DNA from: Balanoglossus misakiensis
Lineage: Eukaryota > Animalia > Hemichordata
Direction: 5' to 3'
Length of the DNA: 64,000 bases
Assembly: GCA_040954595.2 (NCBI GenBank)
Contig: CM082596.2
Location: 5,530,791-5,594,790, forward strand
Position numbers and translations under genes: made by a program. The notes under the pieces were generated by a model. The model did no database searches, was not told where the DNA came from, and was given only the letters and a program-made list of their open reading frames with translations. Below, piece after piece: positions 40,301 to 51,440 of the stretch. Numbering within the stretch: position 1 is the first letter of the stretch; each line of letters begins with the position of its first letter.

Positions 40301-43300
40301 TATTTTTGGACACATGCGAACTACCGGTAGATTCCGTTCATATTTATTTTGAATGAGGACAGCGCGTGATACTTGTGGGCGAATATTCTCCATGCGCTCT
40401 GAAGCCATTCAAAATATGGCCTGAACACAGGAAAATCTGATCTACGAAAAAGTGCCTGGGTATGTCCAATATTCTTGATCAAGCGTTAATTTCAGACGTT
40501 TTGAACCCACTCAGTAACTGGAAAATATGACCCACCACAGAATAAACTCAGCTACAAAGAAGGAGGATATATTTCCTTTATTCATGGTCAAACTTGAGAT
40601 AAACGTGACAGCTCGTTACTTAAGGCTGAAAGGAAAGGATATCACTGCACTGAGCCGATAAGAGGAAATGGAACATCCAACACTTTCCCAGTAATCCAGC
40701 CACTATCATTTCCTATTCCAGGGAATCCAATTGCAACTACATCCTTTCCACCATGTTCTGAAAGCTCACAGACAGACTTTGGGCAAAAAGACTATCTCCT
40801 TTGATTAGAATTCTTAGACAGCAGTCATGTTTGACACATTCGGCATTAAACCACGGGTATTATCATTCACCTTTCAAGATTCAAACGTGTTTCATGAATA
40901 AATTAATGTTCTTCGTAGATCATACAGTGAACTGGTGTTGGCTTGCCTGCAATATCCAAGTCTCAGCGAAAATTTCACAGCGAAAATTTCAATGGGCTGG
41001 AAAATTGCAAAGTAAACAGAAGCTCGCTCAAAGGCGAAATGATTGAAGTTATAAGAGACGAAATGGGATGTACGTACGTGACACATCTGGGGAAATGTTA
41101 CATTTGAATAAATTAGAATACAGAGATAACAGCAAGTGCAAGGTAAAGGTCGAATATGAATAAAGTGCAAGGATGCAGAAATGTATAGAAAAACAGCAGG
41201 GAATATCTGGAAAATAAATGGAGAAGAAACTGACAAAGGCAAGGGAGGATGTGTCCTTTCCTCCATTGACAGAGATGAGACACTTGACATCACAATCCTC
41301 AAAATATACATGACCTTGTTGACAACTGAATGTAGGTCCAGATTATCGTACCGTGCACGTAAAACGCAATTCATTTAATAAAATTCACATCACAGTATGA
41401 TATCGCTGAGCTGAGCTTTTGAACGTGCTTCAGAGGGGAGTAGAACGAGAACATGTTTTTGATTCACAGAACATGCTGCCTTTCACCTTAAAAAAACTTA
41501 ACATTGTCACTGTAAAATTTAATATTTTGATGAGTATCACTGATCTGCAGACACAGTCTGAACCTACAACCAATATGAATATTGTCCACCAACTCTAACC
41601 AAGTTATGATGAAGCCTTATATGTATCTGTTGAACATAATGATAGAAAGTTGGCCATTATGTGCATTGCAAAGCTGGACAAATTTGGCTTTATGATGCCA
41701 AAGAGTTCACAGACAATGCAAAATCAGTTCACCAACGAAGGACGAATATCCGAGCAGACAGCAACTGGTAGTACTTAGCATACGGCATGCTGTTGTAATA
41801 AAGCAATGACCCGTATGGAAAGCCTCACGCTATGGTTTTCAAAAAAAAAAAAATATTTGAATTGCAAATCTGACAGAGTGCAAAGCTGATGCAATCAGCA
41901 GGGAGCATAGTGATTTACGGAATTGCCCAAAACGCCGTAAAATACAAGTCACGTGTCACCGCCAAACAGAACTCAAGTGCCCCTTCAATGCAAGGGTGTC
42001 ATCTACCGGGCACCGCTCACAAAAATGCACAAAGAGACAGTTCAACGACCCACGCTACCACGGCTGAACATGTGCGTACAATGCCCTCAGACTGAATGAT
42101 TGATTAATAGGCGGCTTACTGGTGATAAAACAATTTTTAATTCAATGGAGGGGGGGGGGTGCTTCAAGGACAGCAATCCAGGGCCACTCAAGAAAGCGTG
42201 TCTTTACTCTTTAAAATTCCATTTACAAGAACCGGAATATTTCCAGGTGCTGCCCACCTGCTAGTGTGATCTTTCCCACCGCCAAAACTTTTCTGTAGCA
42301 AGCTAAAAATAATTTGCAGATTAGAGGATTTCTTCAATTCTAATATTATACCATATCAATTTAAAACATAATCAATAATCAAATAAGCCAGCTAGTCAGT
42401 CTACAGTAGTTAAAAATGTCAAAAAAGGAACATTTTGAGTGAAAAATTCTAAATTGAGAGTATTGCATCAGATCAACAACGGATGTGTTGGGTCAGACAG
42501 GGGTTTCCGTGGATACCGCACTCACGTTCTCTACTTCACCTGTCCCCATTGGGTAATGTAAGTATACCGATGCCTCATAAATTAATACAGGGTGTGTTTG
42601 GAGTCCATGACCTAATTACAAGAGACACGTGCTTCCGCGCCATATCAACATGCGGGGGGACTCGCGGCCTATGACCAGACTAATCATTTTTAACTGAATA
42701 TAAATGATAATATTAATATGAATAGCAGAATGCTGGCGTCATTCGTGACTACGATAGCACAGCTGCGATGGGATTACTTAGCAAAACTGCCTGATCACTG
42801 CAATGGGCGAGTCCTCTTTCCCACATCTTGACTGATGCACGTGAAGTTCAACGAGACTACCGGATGTAGAAAAAACGGAGATTATGATTGACGCTTTGAC
42901 CTTAGTTTAATAGAAATCATCACCCCTTTGAATTTCAGATATCGCTGGTAAAATAGTCTGTACTGAGGTTTTCAAGCGAATCATGATTAGCATGCATTGA
43001 CAAATGAAATATACACCTGAAATCAACACAGAATGTGCTCTCGTTTCATTGAACATTCTTGGTCAGACTTGCATCTAGTGAGCCACAAAACAGATTAGTG
43101 GAACTTAATTGCTGGGAATGTTGATAAAAAGGTATGGTCAGGTCATCACACGATAAGGGCTACCCCCAGTGTGTACAGAATTCACAAAAAATGTGATAAA
43201 CGAGCAGTCATGAAAAGGGCAACTATAGAGTTCACTGAACGGGACCAGACAGCATGATTTACAGGGCATCACCGGCATTTAAACATCCCAAGAAAATAAA

Positions 43301-46300
43301 AAAAGAAATGCCATAAAGAAAATTGAGAATTCAAACAGTGGACTATTTTCATTCCCTAGTTGATTGTTGACTACCGGTAGTCTAGACATTTGCGGTTGTT
43401 TTATTTAACTCCGAGTGCTTCTGTGGTATGCGTTTAAACCGCAATTTACAAAATATCAACGGTTCAGAATCGGGTAACGCATCCGTTGGAACAGTTCATA
43501 TAACGAACAAACTCATTCAACATGCCAAAGATGTGCCTGTTTTCGTTGTTTCTTACAGAACTGACAGTGATTGTGTCACTCAGTAATACGACACAGGCAT
43601 AGTTCAAACTGCATGAAAAGAATAAATTTCTCCAATCAGCCATCTCATTTCAATATGCAGTAATTATACACACAGGTCAGGACATCTATTTTTGACACGG
43701 ATATACCCATTTATTCTTTGATCAAACCAAAAATAGCTGTCATTGATTACACTGATCCCACGGTTACAGCATGGATGAATAAACCAGAGAGAAAAACCGT
43801 TACGAATGAGTGAAAGGACAGCGTACTAGGGGACGTTTATCACAAAGAAATACTAGTAGATAGAACTACAAAGTCGAGTTTATTGGTCCAGGAGGAAAAG
43901 TTGGGAAGCAAAATTCCAGACAACACAGCTGTTTCGGGAAGTGTTCCCTGATCTCAATCAAGTTCGTATTTTCTGCCTCACTGGTTGTCCTCCCAACCAA
44001 CAGTCAATATTATGACCTCTCTGAGGTCATGTTGGTGTCAAAGTTCACAACCTGTCACTGGTAGCCAATACACATTCCCAGACACTAAAATTTACAGATA
44101 TTTCACAAGTGGGGCTTAATCCTGTCTGGTACGTAAAAGTAACTTTATCGAGGCAATGCTGTCCAACAGAAACACTTTCCTGTTCAATTCACTAAGCCTT
44201 TGGTCCCTCGAGAAAGAATCAGCTATGAATAACTGCATCCTTTTTGACAAGATGAAAATCTGATCTCTCCTCCAGGATTTCCTTTTAAGCCAACTAATGG
44301 ACATTTTTTTCACAATTACCCAGAATAACAGAAATTTATATGGGGGCGTAATGACTTTTTGAAACTTATCTCTTAAAACACCGCATAATTTTGCCTGAAA
44401 TAACATTTGATAGAAATATCTTTTTCTCAGACCAGATAACTGATAACGCAGCTATTTTAGAGGAATTTATGACATTTACCAAGCTAAATACATGATACAT
44501 TTCTGTCTCTTTTCGCAGCCATCCCCAAACTCCTCAATCAATACAACAACCCCATTCATTTCACGGATGAAACCATGTCGTACAGGGGTGAAAGGGGTCA
44601 AGTATGCTGTAATGAGGGCAGCAATACAGGCTGGAACATTTCCGACATACCTGTACATCACCAAGACTGACTACAAGAAATTCAAACCAGGGGGTACATG
44701 TTCGTACTTCCATTAAGGATTTCAACTTTGGCAAATTGTTATACGGATAAAACGGAAAAGAGCATCTTTGACTGGAAAACAGAAAATCTTATTACATGTA
44801 TAACACAATAAAACATATATATTTCACTACTGTGGTTTATAGCTCAACACTATCATTGTCGATCAATGACTGCTTGGCATGAATTATTCAATTGAATATG
44901 TATGTTTCATAACCAAATCCACCAATTATGCTACAAACATGGCGAGTGACATTTTTAACACCGAGTGAAATTAATGCTTTTACAGAATTTCCAGTGCAAC
45001 TGTAGGGTACCTCTACACTTCTTAACTTGTTGGGTGTCGGATTACAGAGTCAATTTATGGGGAAAAGATAATCGTTTTTTAATAGACCTAAAAGACTCTG
45101 TGTGGGAAGTCAGCTGAAAAAGCTATCAGGAATTGCTATGTTAAGAGCTGAGTTCACACAAGATAGCTTTCTGTCTAGCTCAGGCCAGAACCTGGGTTTT
45201 GGTCAACTTCTAAGAAATGTATATTTTTGGCTTGTCTCAAAACTTGTCTTGTGCTTGGGCATGGCTCAATACCTACTGAATGCACAAGCAGAGATTCGGG
45301 AGAAATCACATACTTGATATCCTGAATTATATGATGCACACACACTGATCAATGGCTAAGTTCTCAAAAGTTGAACCCTTTCACCGCTATGGTTTGGTCC
45401 AAATACATTGTTTTCTATGGTAACGCTATCTCGTGCATAATTTCTAAGTGCTGAGTTAAGTTATGTCTGCGCGAGGAGTTACTTGATTTCTCAGCTCACG
45501 TAAAAGTCAATCCTGCTTGCTGCTTTCCCTCTGCCTTGATCAGATTATTCAAATCATTTGGACAAGTCCCAAGGTAACAGACGAGACAGCGTTAAATAAT
45601 ATACTTTGATATAAACACGGAGGCTTTTTTCAGCTTTCCTTATTTCAGTTCCTCAATGCCAAGTCATTGAATCTGACATCAGGGCTTTCACAGTGGCGAC
45701 TTGATTGATTGAAGACTATTGCGTATCTCCACGGAGATGACTTCATGAAAATTTTATGAGACAGTGAGTCTGCATTTCAAAGTGTGGGCAGCAGTGGTTC
45801 ACATGTCAACTTCAGGAGAGCGATGTGCTCCAAAACAGGAATAAAATGTAGAAATATAATACTGCCCTATAAACGGTAACACTGACAAGTAGCCTTCTAA
45901 AGTCATGCATATGTAGGTTTGGCCCTGGAGACGTTAATACGCGTTAAGTTTTTTTTTTTGTCTGACAGTGCAATACTTCAATTTGGCTAGGTGTTGTGTC
46001 TACGTTCCATCTATAATGATTAGGCAGGTTATGTACCCAGACAACTGATATATATTCTGCTGTGAGATGTAATACTTTTTATTAACCGGCCCACAACCAG
46101 AATTCCTTGCTGTTTTGTACTGGAAATGAACAAAAGCGGAAAGTCCATTGCTGGAATACACACAACAAAGCACTGGGCATCTATGCTACGGGAGGGGGGG
46201 GGTTTACTTGAATGTCTGCACAAACACACACACGTGCAGAGGAGATATCACCTCGGAGCTATTCCATCTCAGACATTGCAATTTGCCATTCCGTCAGTTG

Positions 46301-49300
46301 ATTTGAACTCGTCTGGGTTCAATTATGTGTCTGGCAAATTATGCGTTCAGAATTTTGAGAAGGCACGTGCCCCTAAGTTTTACAGACAAACACTCGCGCA
46401 TACATAACGAGAAGTCCAGGGTTTAAGATAGAACCAGTTTTCTGCAAAACTCACCAAACTTTCTGCATTTTATTTGAGCCCATCAGGGTGGAGACAATCT
46501 GATTAAAATACCGCACCCCATAAGTAAAAGATATGGACAGTCGCCGTACAATCTATATCAGATTTTAATCAGATTGGGTGAAGAAGATGGCTTCCCCTAG
46601 ACTACATTCTTTTAATCAAATGTTTCCCGGTGGCATATAGGCCACAATATTATTCCTCAAAAAGTTCTGTATTGCAAGCACACAGTCACTGACTACTAGA
46701 ACGCCAGGCACATATATGACACCGTGATAAATTACATGTATCGCGCTCACACATGACTGCCACACCCGTAACTCTGTGGACAGAACGAAGGAATGCGGTT
46801 GCCAGTATTTACAATCTTTCAAAACTTGTCAAATGTAGGGCAGGTACCGTGTATACAAACAAAGAGCACATGTGTGTGTACACTGTGCGATGTCAGCGCC
46901 TGTCTGGAGATCAGTCAATGAAATACTTCTCTCAGCTTATCTCATGATATCTCAGCTAATCTCCGATATCCCCTTTATCTCTAGTGTCACATGAATAGGC
47001 AGGATGCGATTTAGATAAGTGCCTTCAATATCTAGATTTCAAGGATATACAAGTGTCTTGCCTGATGGCAAAGTTCAAGGATATTTCCTCGAAGACCGGA
47101 TGGATTTCACCTATATATGTTTCAATTTGTCTTTTCGCATGTGTGTAAGTGTGTTAAGTATTATGTATGTATGTATGTATGTATGTATGTATGTATGTAT
47201 GTATGTATGTATGTATGTATGTATGTATGTATGTATGTATGTATGTATGTATGTATGTATCATGTATGTATGTATGTATGTATGTATGTATGTATGTATG
47301 TATGTATCATGTATATATTATTTATAAAATATACAACAATCAAACATTACATTGAGGTTTTTGAATGAAACAACGAGATGTTTGGCAACACAGATCCTCT
47401 GAACTCTTGAGCCATCACACATCCAACACTTTACAGGGACACATTTACTTAACCGAGTAAAATGCCATACAGGCTGGCTGATATGCATGACAACCAAAAA
47501 GTGTTGGCTTCGAGCCAAACACGTGCTCTTAACTGCAGCTAAGTTATGGCGGCATAGGCCGGTCATCTAAGCGCAGTAAGTTACCCACAGGATGCTACAA
47601 GTTGGATAAAATCCAAATATAAGTTTATAAGGCTGCATTCACAAACACCTCTGGAGGGGGGGGCAGGAGAATTGAGGGGGGGGATTTGAAAAAATTGAGG
47701 GTATGTAAGGGGGGGGATTTGAAATAATTTAGGGACTGAAAGGGGGGGACTTGAAAACTTTGACGACTAAATATTTATTTTGAGTCCACAAAAATGCAGT
47801 TTCGCGCCCTTTATTTTACAAAATTTTCTAATGTGGGAGGGGGACACCCCCTCCCACACCCACCCCCTCCATTCATCAACACCTTTCAATCATTTACTGC
47901 TTTATCTAGTGTCCCAGGTCAGGGGACTTGCCCCCACCCCTTGATAACTTTGAGCGGCGACGGTTTAATTTGTCCTCCCCAACATACCGGTAGTTGAGTT
48001 AATTTGCTTTTGCTGGGTTCATTAAAATGCAGCTTTGAGCTCTGTATTTTATAAAATTTTCTTACGTGGGAGGGGGACACCCCCTCCCAAACCCACCCCC
48101 TTCAATTCTCGGTTTACAATGTCTCCCAACACAGAATACAAATACTTAAACAATAAAAACAATGTTCAGTTTTAATACCCACTGATGAGGGGAAACATCA
48201 GTTTCAAATTCTTTTCATGGGAACGCTGTTTTTCTTTTTTACAAGATAGATGTGTTTTGCTCTGTGAAAGAAAATGGGGGGGGGGATTTCAAAATTTTGG
48301 CAGTACGGAAGGGGGGGATTTGAAAATATTTCGGGTTGTGTGGGGGGGCATGTGAAAATTAGCGGTAAAAAAAATTGAATTCTCCCGCCCCCCCCTCCAG
48401 AGGTGTTTGTGAATGCAGCCTAACCAAAACACATATGTTTTCAAACACAAAGTTTACTAAGTAACAGGCCTGCAGTCTTGTTACAATGTAGCTTTACCAA
48501 TAAAGTAATGGCCATTAAATTGCTTCAAAATATAATATTTTGGAAACTATTGCAATATGCACTCAATTAAATTCTACTTTGATACAATGTATCTTAAAGA
48601 CCTGATCAGTTTCACTTCAATAAACTCAAAATAAACAGTGAAAAATACACACAGCGAGAGACTGGTGTTTTATTTTTGCCAAGGGGGTAAACTGTCTGAC
48701 ATCAATGTTGGCACTGCGTGGTTTATGAAAGTGCTTCTACCTACATCGAAGTGGCTTACAATGGCCCCATCACCCACGATCACCACTAAAAAGACTTCTG
48801 GTCAATTTGCACACTTTTGTAAGCTCTTTGTCATACTACAAAGCTGAAACTGGTTTATACCCTGTACGTTATATAATAACCTTATTACCTAACCGCTGGT
48901 AATAATGCAGTTTTTCAGAAGTTCACTGCCTCCCTATTAACTATGTTGTTAATCCCATTTCTGGAAAAACATTCTGGGGCTATTATCAGCATATGAATAA
49001 TTAGTAGATTCTGTTCAATTAATTAACAAAAAAAAAGCCAAACACATTCGTTGACATTTCTGATGCAATAGGACAAATGCACCGAGGTGATATACCAATT
49101 CTCAGTAACCTCTAGAAGAACACCCCTATCTTAAGTTAAACTTTATTCTATTCTGTCACCTGACTGGATCAACATGTACTGGAAGGGGGGGGGGGACAGG
49201 GGTCAAATCAAGGTCAACATCAGGTTTTATACCAGCTTCAGACACTGCAATGCTCCAATGTATTCATGATTTCATTGTCCACAAAATGCACTGAATAAAC

Positions 49301-50846
49301 CAGTATTAGCTGGTAATTTTCTCCCCATAACATGGTATGAGCCTTTGGTTCCCATAACAACAGAGTTCTACCATACTCTGCTGTTCATGCGCTCTCTGCA
49401 ACATTGTATTTATGTTGTACCTTGGCTATAGATAAATTACTCCTTTTAATAATGTAATGAAAGCCAAAGTAATGACAACTTGGGATCGTGTTAATTTCAC
49501 AGTGTTCAGTGTTTTGACATATGGACATATTTACAAACATTTGCGGTAGGGGACCCAATGTGACCTTGTGCACATCAGCACTGGGTGGTGGGGGCCAGGA
49601 ATCCCCGGGAAGAGCGCTTTTTCCCGGCTTGCGGATAAGATTACAGTGATGCGCCCCACTGGGGCTGGTATCTACCGGTTTCTCTTTCAAGGCTAGATTT
49701 GCATACGTGTGACCGTGCCACATGTGCCAGTTTGAACTGTAAAACCACGTAATACATGTAAATGTTCTGAGATGTGACACGCGAGACGTGCCATTCCAAG
49801 ACTGTACACAGGTGGTGATTTCTAATGGATGAAAGTCACGTGCTACAACCTAATTATCGCGGAAGTCTCATTAATTAACACGTCCTGTTGATTGGTGTCT
49901 GAGGGATAGCGGTAAACAACAATGCGAAATAAATTATTTCAGAGGTGTTAATTTCTGGAAAGTGAGAAAGGGTCGCTCGGGTTTCGTGACCTTAGACTTA
50001 AGTTAGAGCCGCCTGGCCTCGTCTGGCACAGGCAGAACATGGAAACGTCAGCCATGCCAGACGCGGTCATGTGACCATAACACTCTCCACAAATGAGCCG
50101 ACAGTTCAAGCGAATATATTGCTAATATCCGCTGTTTTTTATTTCGGCGTTCATTGCTATCTAATCATTAAGAATCATTTGTATCATTTTTATCACCGGG
50201 TTGTAATTTGGGAACAGAAATTTTACAGGGTAAAGACGCGGATCAACATCAGCGGCCGCGGCCCAACTTTCCCCCCAGCGTCGTCAGACACATTACCACG
50301 TGTCAGACGTTATAATTTCTAGACACAATAATAGAAACCACGCACGCAAGCCCAGGTGGCAATTGGAATTTTCTGCAACAAATCTTCATATTAGAAAGAA
50401 TCGGACTTTTAACGTTGGATGCAGAACGAACAAAATAGATAAATTTGCCGGCAAATGTAAATATTAATGTTACGTGTACACGGATAAGGTCAAACCGAGC
50501 CGGTATTTCATTTGTGTACATTTTTCACTGGCATTTTGCCTGAATTGTTATGAAAACACATTCCTGAGAATTAGATGCAGCTAAAGTGGAAAATCGCTGC
50601 GTCGCGTTGTTTATAAATAAAGTGCAGTGGGGACAAGCAGTTTGAGGAATCACCCACGCGAACATGGCCGTCGTCGGCAAAAATATTCCTACGTCAACAT
50701 AGACCCGGCCTGTTACATATACACACACTATGTATACATTACAACATGCTTAAAATCTAACACATACCTTCTGACTTTCCTTCCTGAAAATGGCAAAAAA
50801 GCAATACGGAGATCACGGCAAGTGACGTCCCTGGCCTCAGCAGCAT
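1..50846 (-). CDS. LRP1: Low-density lipoprotein receptor-related protein 1 (LRP1/LRP1B co-orthologue); 5' part, gene continues beyond position 1
   Basis: 62 GT-AG exons, phases consistent throughout (about 10.6 kb CDS). In transcript order: 50768-50846, 38504-38614, 37891-38013, 34981-35118, 34609-34728, 34199-34333, 32447-32695, 31918-32080, 31505-31727, 31041-31212, 30373-30504, 28492-28731, 27914-28085, 27562-27805, 27045-27249, 26424-26546, 25895-26035, 25542-25661, 25135-25251, 24716-24793, 24225-24386, 23872-23997, 23375-23500, 22962-23087, 22433-22567, 22055-22189, 21578-21784, 21035-21239, 20755-20922, 20193-20437, 18489-18614, 17877-18101, 17410-17587, 17028-17140, 16464-16751, 15896-16024, 14763-14894, 14412-14546, 13947-14076, 13392-13664, 13036-13160, 12678-12806, 12100-12333, 11514-11694, 11147-11351, 10693-10885, 10219-10476, 9721-9837, 6521-6637, 5825-5995, 4958-5344, 4452-4703, 3799-4041, 3177-3538, 2814-3001, 2584-2633, 2208-2355, 1887-2083, 1310-1549, 759-995, 295-417, 1-22. 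Domain order: LDLa x3, 2 YWTD propellers, LDLa x8, 4 propellers, LDLa x10, 1 propeller, LDLa cluster IV. This is the LRP1 layout, not LRP2. Diagnostic peptides: [50 protein letters not shown]. Confidence 0.95.
530..738. repeat. Imperfect tandem duplication (~90-100 bp unit x2)
   Basis: tagcatgggagtaaaatactg..aacattacaaagctaagat...aggtaggtctt.atttgaa occurs at ~537 and ~644. Confidence 0.85.
3799..10476 (-). CDS. LRP1: LRP1 ligand-binding cluster III: ten LDLa repeats plus flanking EGFs (7 exons)
   Basis: Ten LDLa modules, including the atypical fourth repeat with a long C1-C2 loop, as in LRP1 CR14. Confidence 0.92.
4116..4312. repeat. (CA)n / (CATA)n microsatellite
   Basis: Direct inspection. 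Confidence 0.97.
7290..7347. repeat. (GGAT)n microsatellite
   Basis: Direct inspection. Confidence 0.95.
8208..8222 (-). CDS. LRP1: Candidate 15-nt LRP1 microexon (I/V-A-M-V-S)
   Basis: CACTAG / TTGCCATGGTGTCCA / GTGAGG followed immediately by TGCATG; CTAAC branch-point motifs upstream; phase 1-1. Confidence 0.5.
8324..8335 (-). CDS. LRP1: Candidate 12-nt LRP1 microexon (DTDS)
   Basis: Long pyrimidine tract, TTTGCCTTAGCAG / ATACCGACAGCA / GTAAGT; phase 1-1; TGCATG about 45 nt downstream. Confidence 0.7.
10693..22567 (-). CDS. LRP1: LRP1 EGF/YWTD propellers 3-6 (22 exons)
   Basis: [53 protein letters not shown] blades separated by EGF exons. Confidence 0.92.
13812..13904. mobile_element. 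~90-bp TTAA/CCC-terminated palindromic MITE (piggyBac-like termini), representative copy
   Basis: ttaaCCCTTTCACCACCAT...ATGAAAGGGttaa. Related copies or fragments near 1594-1681, 12539, 22260-22330, 24041, 26287-26349, 32336-32426, 38083-38174, 45374 and 57106-57195. Confidence 0.8.
15050..15777. mobile_element. TTAA-flanked non-autonomous DNA element (AGG...CCT termini, Kolobok/T2-MITE-like) carrying a nested insertion
   Basis: ttaa-AGGTACACAGTCA ... TGACCGTATACCT-ttaa. The two halves match the uninterrupted inverted copy at 38822-38999. Confidence 0.8.
15115..15658. mobile_element. Nested ~545-bp insertion beginning with a ~185-bp near-perfect palindrome (15117-15301)
   Basis: gaggttataaacgg...gaaataatcacc-gagcgaagcga-ggtgattatttc...ccgtttataacctc. 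Absent from the 38.9-kb copy of the host element. Confidence 0.75.
19691..19726 (-). CDS. LRP1: Candidate 36-nt LRP1 cassette exon [12 protein letters not shown]
   Basis: AATGCTCTGTTTGTCTCACAG acceptor, CAG/GTATTA donor, phase 1-1. The peptide resembles the preceding propeller end [11 protein letters not shown]. Confidence 0.7.
22962..26035 (-). CDS. LRP1: LRP1 ligand-binding cluster II: eight LDLa repeats (8 exons)
   Basis: Eight consecutive LDLa modules, the same count as vertebrate LRP1 CR3-CR10; all phase-1 introns. Confidence 0.92.
23760..23830. repeat. Direct repeat tgacacaaactatcaaaaattcc...ttttt x2
   Basis: Direct inspection. Confidence 0.85.
26424..34728 (-). CDS. LRP1: LRP1 EGF-EGF-propeller 1-EGF-propeller 2-EGF block (12 exons)
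   Basis: YWTD-type blades ([37 protein letters not shown]) and EGF cysteine patterns. Confidence 0.92.
26829..26990. mobile_element. Tc1/mariner (pogo/Tigger-like) MITE
   Basis: ta-CAGTCAAACCTGTGT ... ACACAGGTTTGACTG-ta, TA TSD. Confidence 0.8.
29315..29463. mobile_element. Small TIR element (CAATCTGATTAAAA termini); shorter relative at 46495-46576
   Basis: caatctgattaaaaccagatgtagag ... ctctacatctgattttaatcagattg. The same termini recur in LRP1 intron 1. Confidence 0.65.
29530..29565 (-). CDS. LRP1: Candidate 36-nt (33 nt with NAGNAG acceptor) LRP1 cassette exon [12 protein letters not shown]
   Basis: TTTTTTTCCAG acceptor, C/GTGAGT donor, phase 1-1, open frame. Confidence 0.45.
29958..29963 (-). 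CDS. LRP1: Candidate 6-nt LRP1 microexon ATCAAG (adds D-Q)
   Basis: CTTCTTTATTCCAG / ATCAAG / GTACTT; phase 1-1; ACTAAY cluster upstream. Confidence 0.55.
30020..30295 (-). promoter_or_regulatory. AC-rich intronic tract with repeated ACTAAY (QKI/STAR sites or multiple branch points)
   Basis: GT-rich on +. attagt/gttagt at about 30072, 30076, 30180 and 30254, plus several near matches. Confidence 0.5.
32336..32426. mobile_element. Copy of the ~90-bp TTAA palindromic MITE
   Basis: ttaaccctttcaccaccatggtatggtcc...ggggtgaaagggtgaa. Confidence 0.75.
32862..33354 (-). promoter_or_regulatory. Intronic RBFOX (UGCAUG) motif cluster
   Basis: catgca on + (TGCATG on the transcribed strand) at 32862, 32989, 33108, 33122, 33278, 33297, 33319 and 33349. 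Only one copy seen in the opposite orientation. Confidence 0.7.
33854..33859 (-). CDS. LRP1: Candidate 6-nt LRP1 microexon ATGAAG (adds D-E)
   Basis: Pyrimidine tract ...GTCAAAAG / ATGAAG / GTGAGC; phase 1-1; eight TGCATG downstream. Confidence 0.6.
34981..38614 (-). CDS. LRP1: LRP1 ligand-binding cluster I: three LDLa exons (38504-38614, 37891-38013, 34981-35118)
   Basis: Each repeat has six Cys and the DxSDE motif: [36 protein letters not shown]; [38 protein letters not shown]; [38 protein letters not shown]. Confidence 0.9.
35293..35382. repeat. 21-bp minisatellite aaatttgttattctgaaattc (~4 copies)
   Basis: Direct inspection. Confidence 0.88.
37116..37139 (-). CDS. LRP1: Candidate 24-nt LRP1 cassette microexon (SEPDSGCF)
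   Basis: CCCCAG / CGGAGCCCGATTCTGGTTGTTTTA / GTAAGT; phase 1-1, no stop codon; long pyrimidine tract with YCAY motifs upstream. Confidence 0.6.
38083..38174. mobile_element. Copy of the ~90-bp TTAA palindromic MITE (opposite orientation)
   Basis: cacccttttcacccccatt-like left end ... ccatggcggtgaaagggttaa right end. Confidence 0.72.
38822..38999. mobile_element. Uninterrupted copy (opposite orientation) of the TTAA MITE at 15050-15777
   Basis: Reverse complement matches 15050-15114 plus 15659-15777, e.g. aattagctatagttaccatggcaaattgagatct and aaatacgccatttc. Confidence 0.8.
47163..47313. repeat. (GTAT)n microsatellite
   Basis: Direct inspection. Confidence 0.97.
47631..48420. mobile_element. 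PIF/Harbinger-type (Tourist-like) MITE, ~790 bp
   Basis: TIR GGCTGCATTCACAAACACCTCTGGAGGGGGGG is perfect at both ends, with TAA on both flanks (3-bp TWA TSD). Internal G-run repeats ggggggatttgaaa and two gggagggggacacccc hairpins. Confidence 0.88.
50768..50846 (-). CDS. LRP1: LRP1 exon 1, signal peptide [26 protein letters not shown]
   Basis: ATG at 50846, hydrophobic core, AAG/GTATGT donor in phase 1 matching the phase-1 acceptor of the first LDLa exon (38614). Too short for the ORF track. Confidence 0.8.
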
Positions 50847-50965
50847 TTCGGCTGCCAATTTTTAACAGATCCGAATAGCAGTAGGAGATTTTTTTCCCTG
50901 TAGAAGACGGTCGTACTGATCAGCGCGTAAGTTAAGACGACACGCAGGGAGTATATATGCTAATA
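50847..50965 (-). promoter_or_regulatory. Probable LRP1 5' UTR / core promoter
   Basis: CpG-retaining region upstream of the ATG. Inr-like TCAGT at 50915-50919 and TATATA at about 50952-50957; spacing is longer than canonical. Confidence 0.3.
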
Positions 50966-51320
50966 TGGTGTGTATAGCGCACAGTGAGAGTATATAGGGG
51001 CATGCCCAACGTGCATGGTGATGGTAATGTATACAAACCGTTTCAAAACGCCCTAACTACCTTGTCTACATTTTACAATTTTACTAGAATACCGGATTAC
51101 GCTAGTTGGTGCCACTTTTTTTTAGACATAATCGTCGTGCAATGTTATTTTTGCACTTTCTACCATTATAAGTCAAAAATGTTGGGCGACAAACGTTTTT
51201 GTCCACAATTTAGGTCATATTTATTTAATATTTCTGTCCGTCTGTCTACTTGTTTTTTCTTTTATAGAATTTATGTATTTTAATATTTATTTTCAATAGT
51301 TAGGTCTATTTATTTTTAAT

Positions 51321-51440
51321 TAACTCACTCACTCACTTATCCACGTATCCACTCACTTACAAACTCCATATTAACTCACTCATGCGCACACCCCACTTAC
51401 TAGTAGAAACCCACTAACTCACTCACTCCACCTAACTCGC
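51321..51440. repeat. Degenerate (ACTC)n low-complexity tract
   Basis: Repeated actcactc units upstream of LRP1 exon 1. Confidence 0.7.

Noticed and set aside
38615-50767. Short ORFs inside LRP1 intron 1 as nested genes or transposase
   Set aside because: No domain motifs, codon bias or exon chains recognisable.
1-50846. Assignment to LRP2/megalin or vitellogenin receptor
   Set aside because: Cluster sizes (3, 8, 10), propeller arrangement and diagnostic peptides match LRP1.
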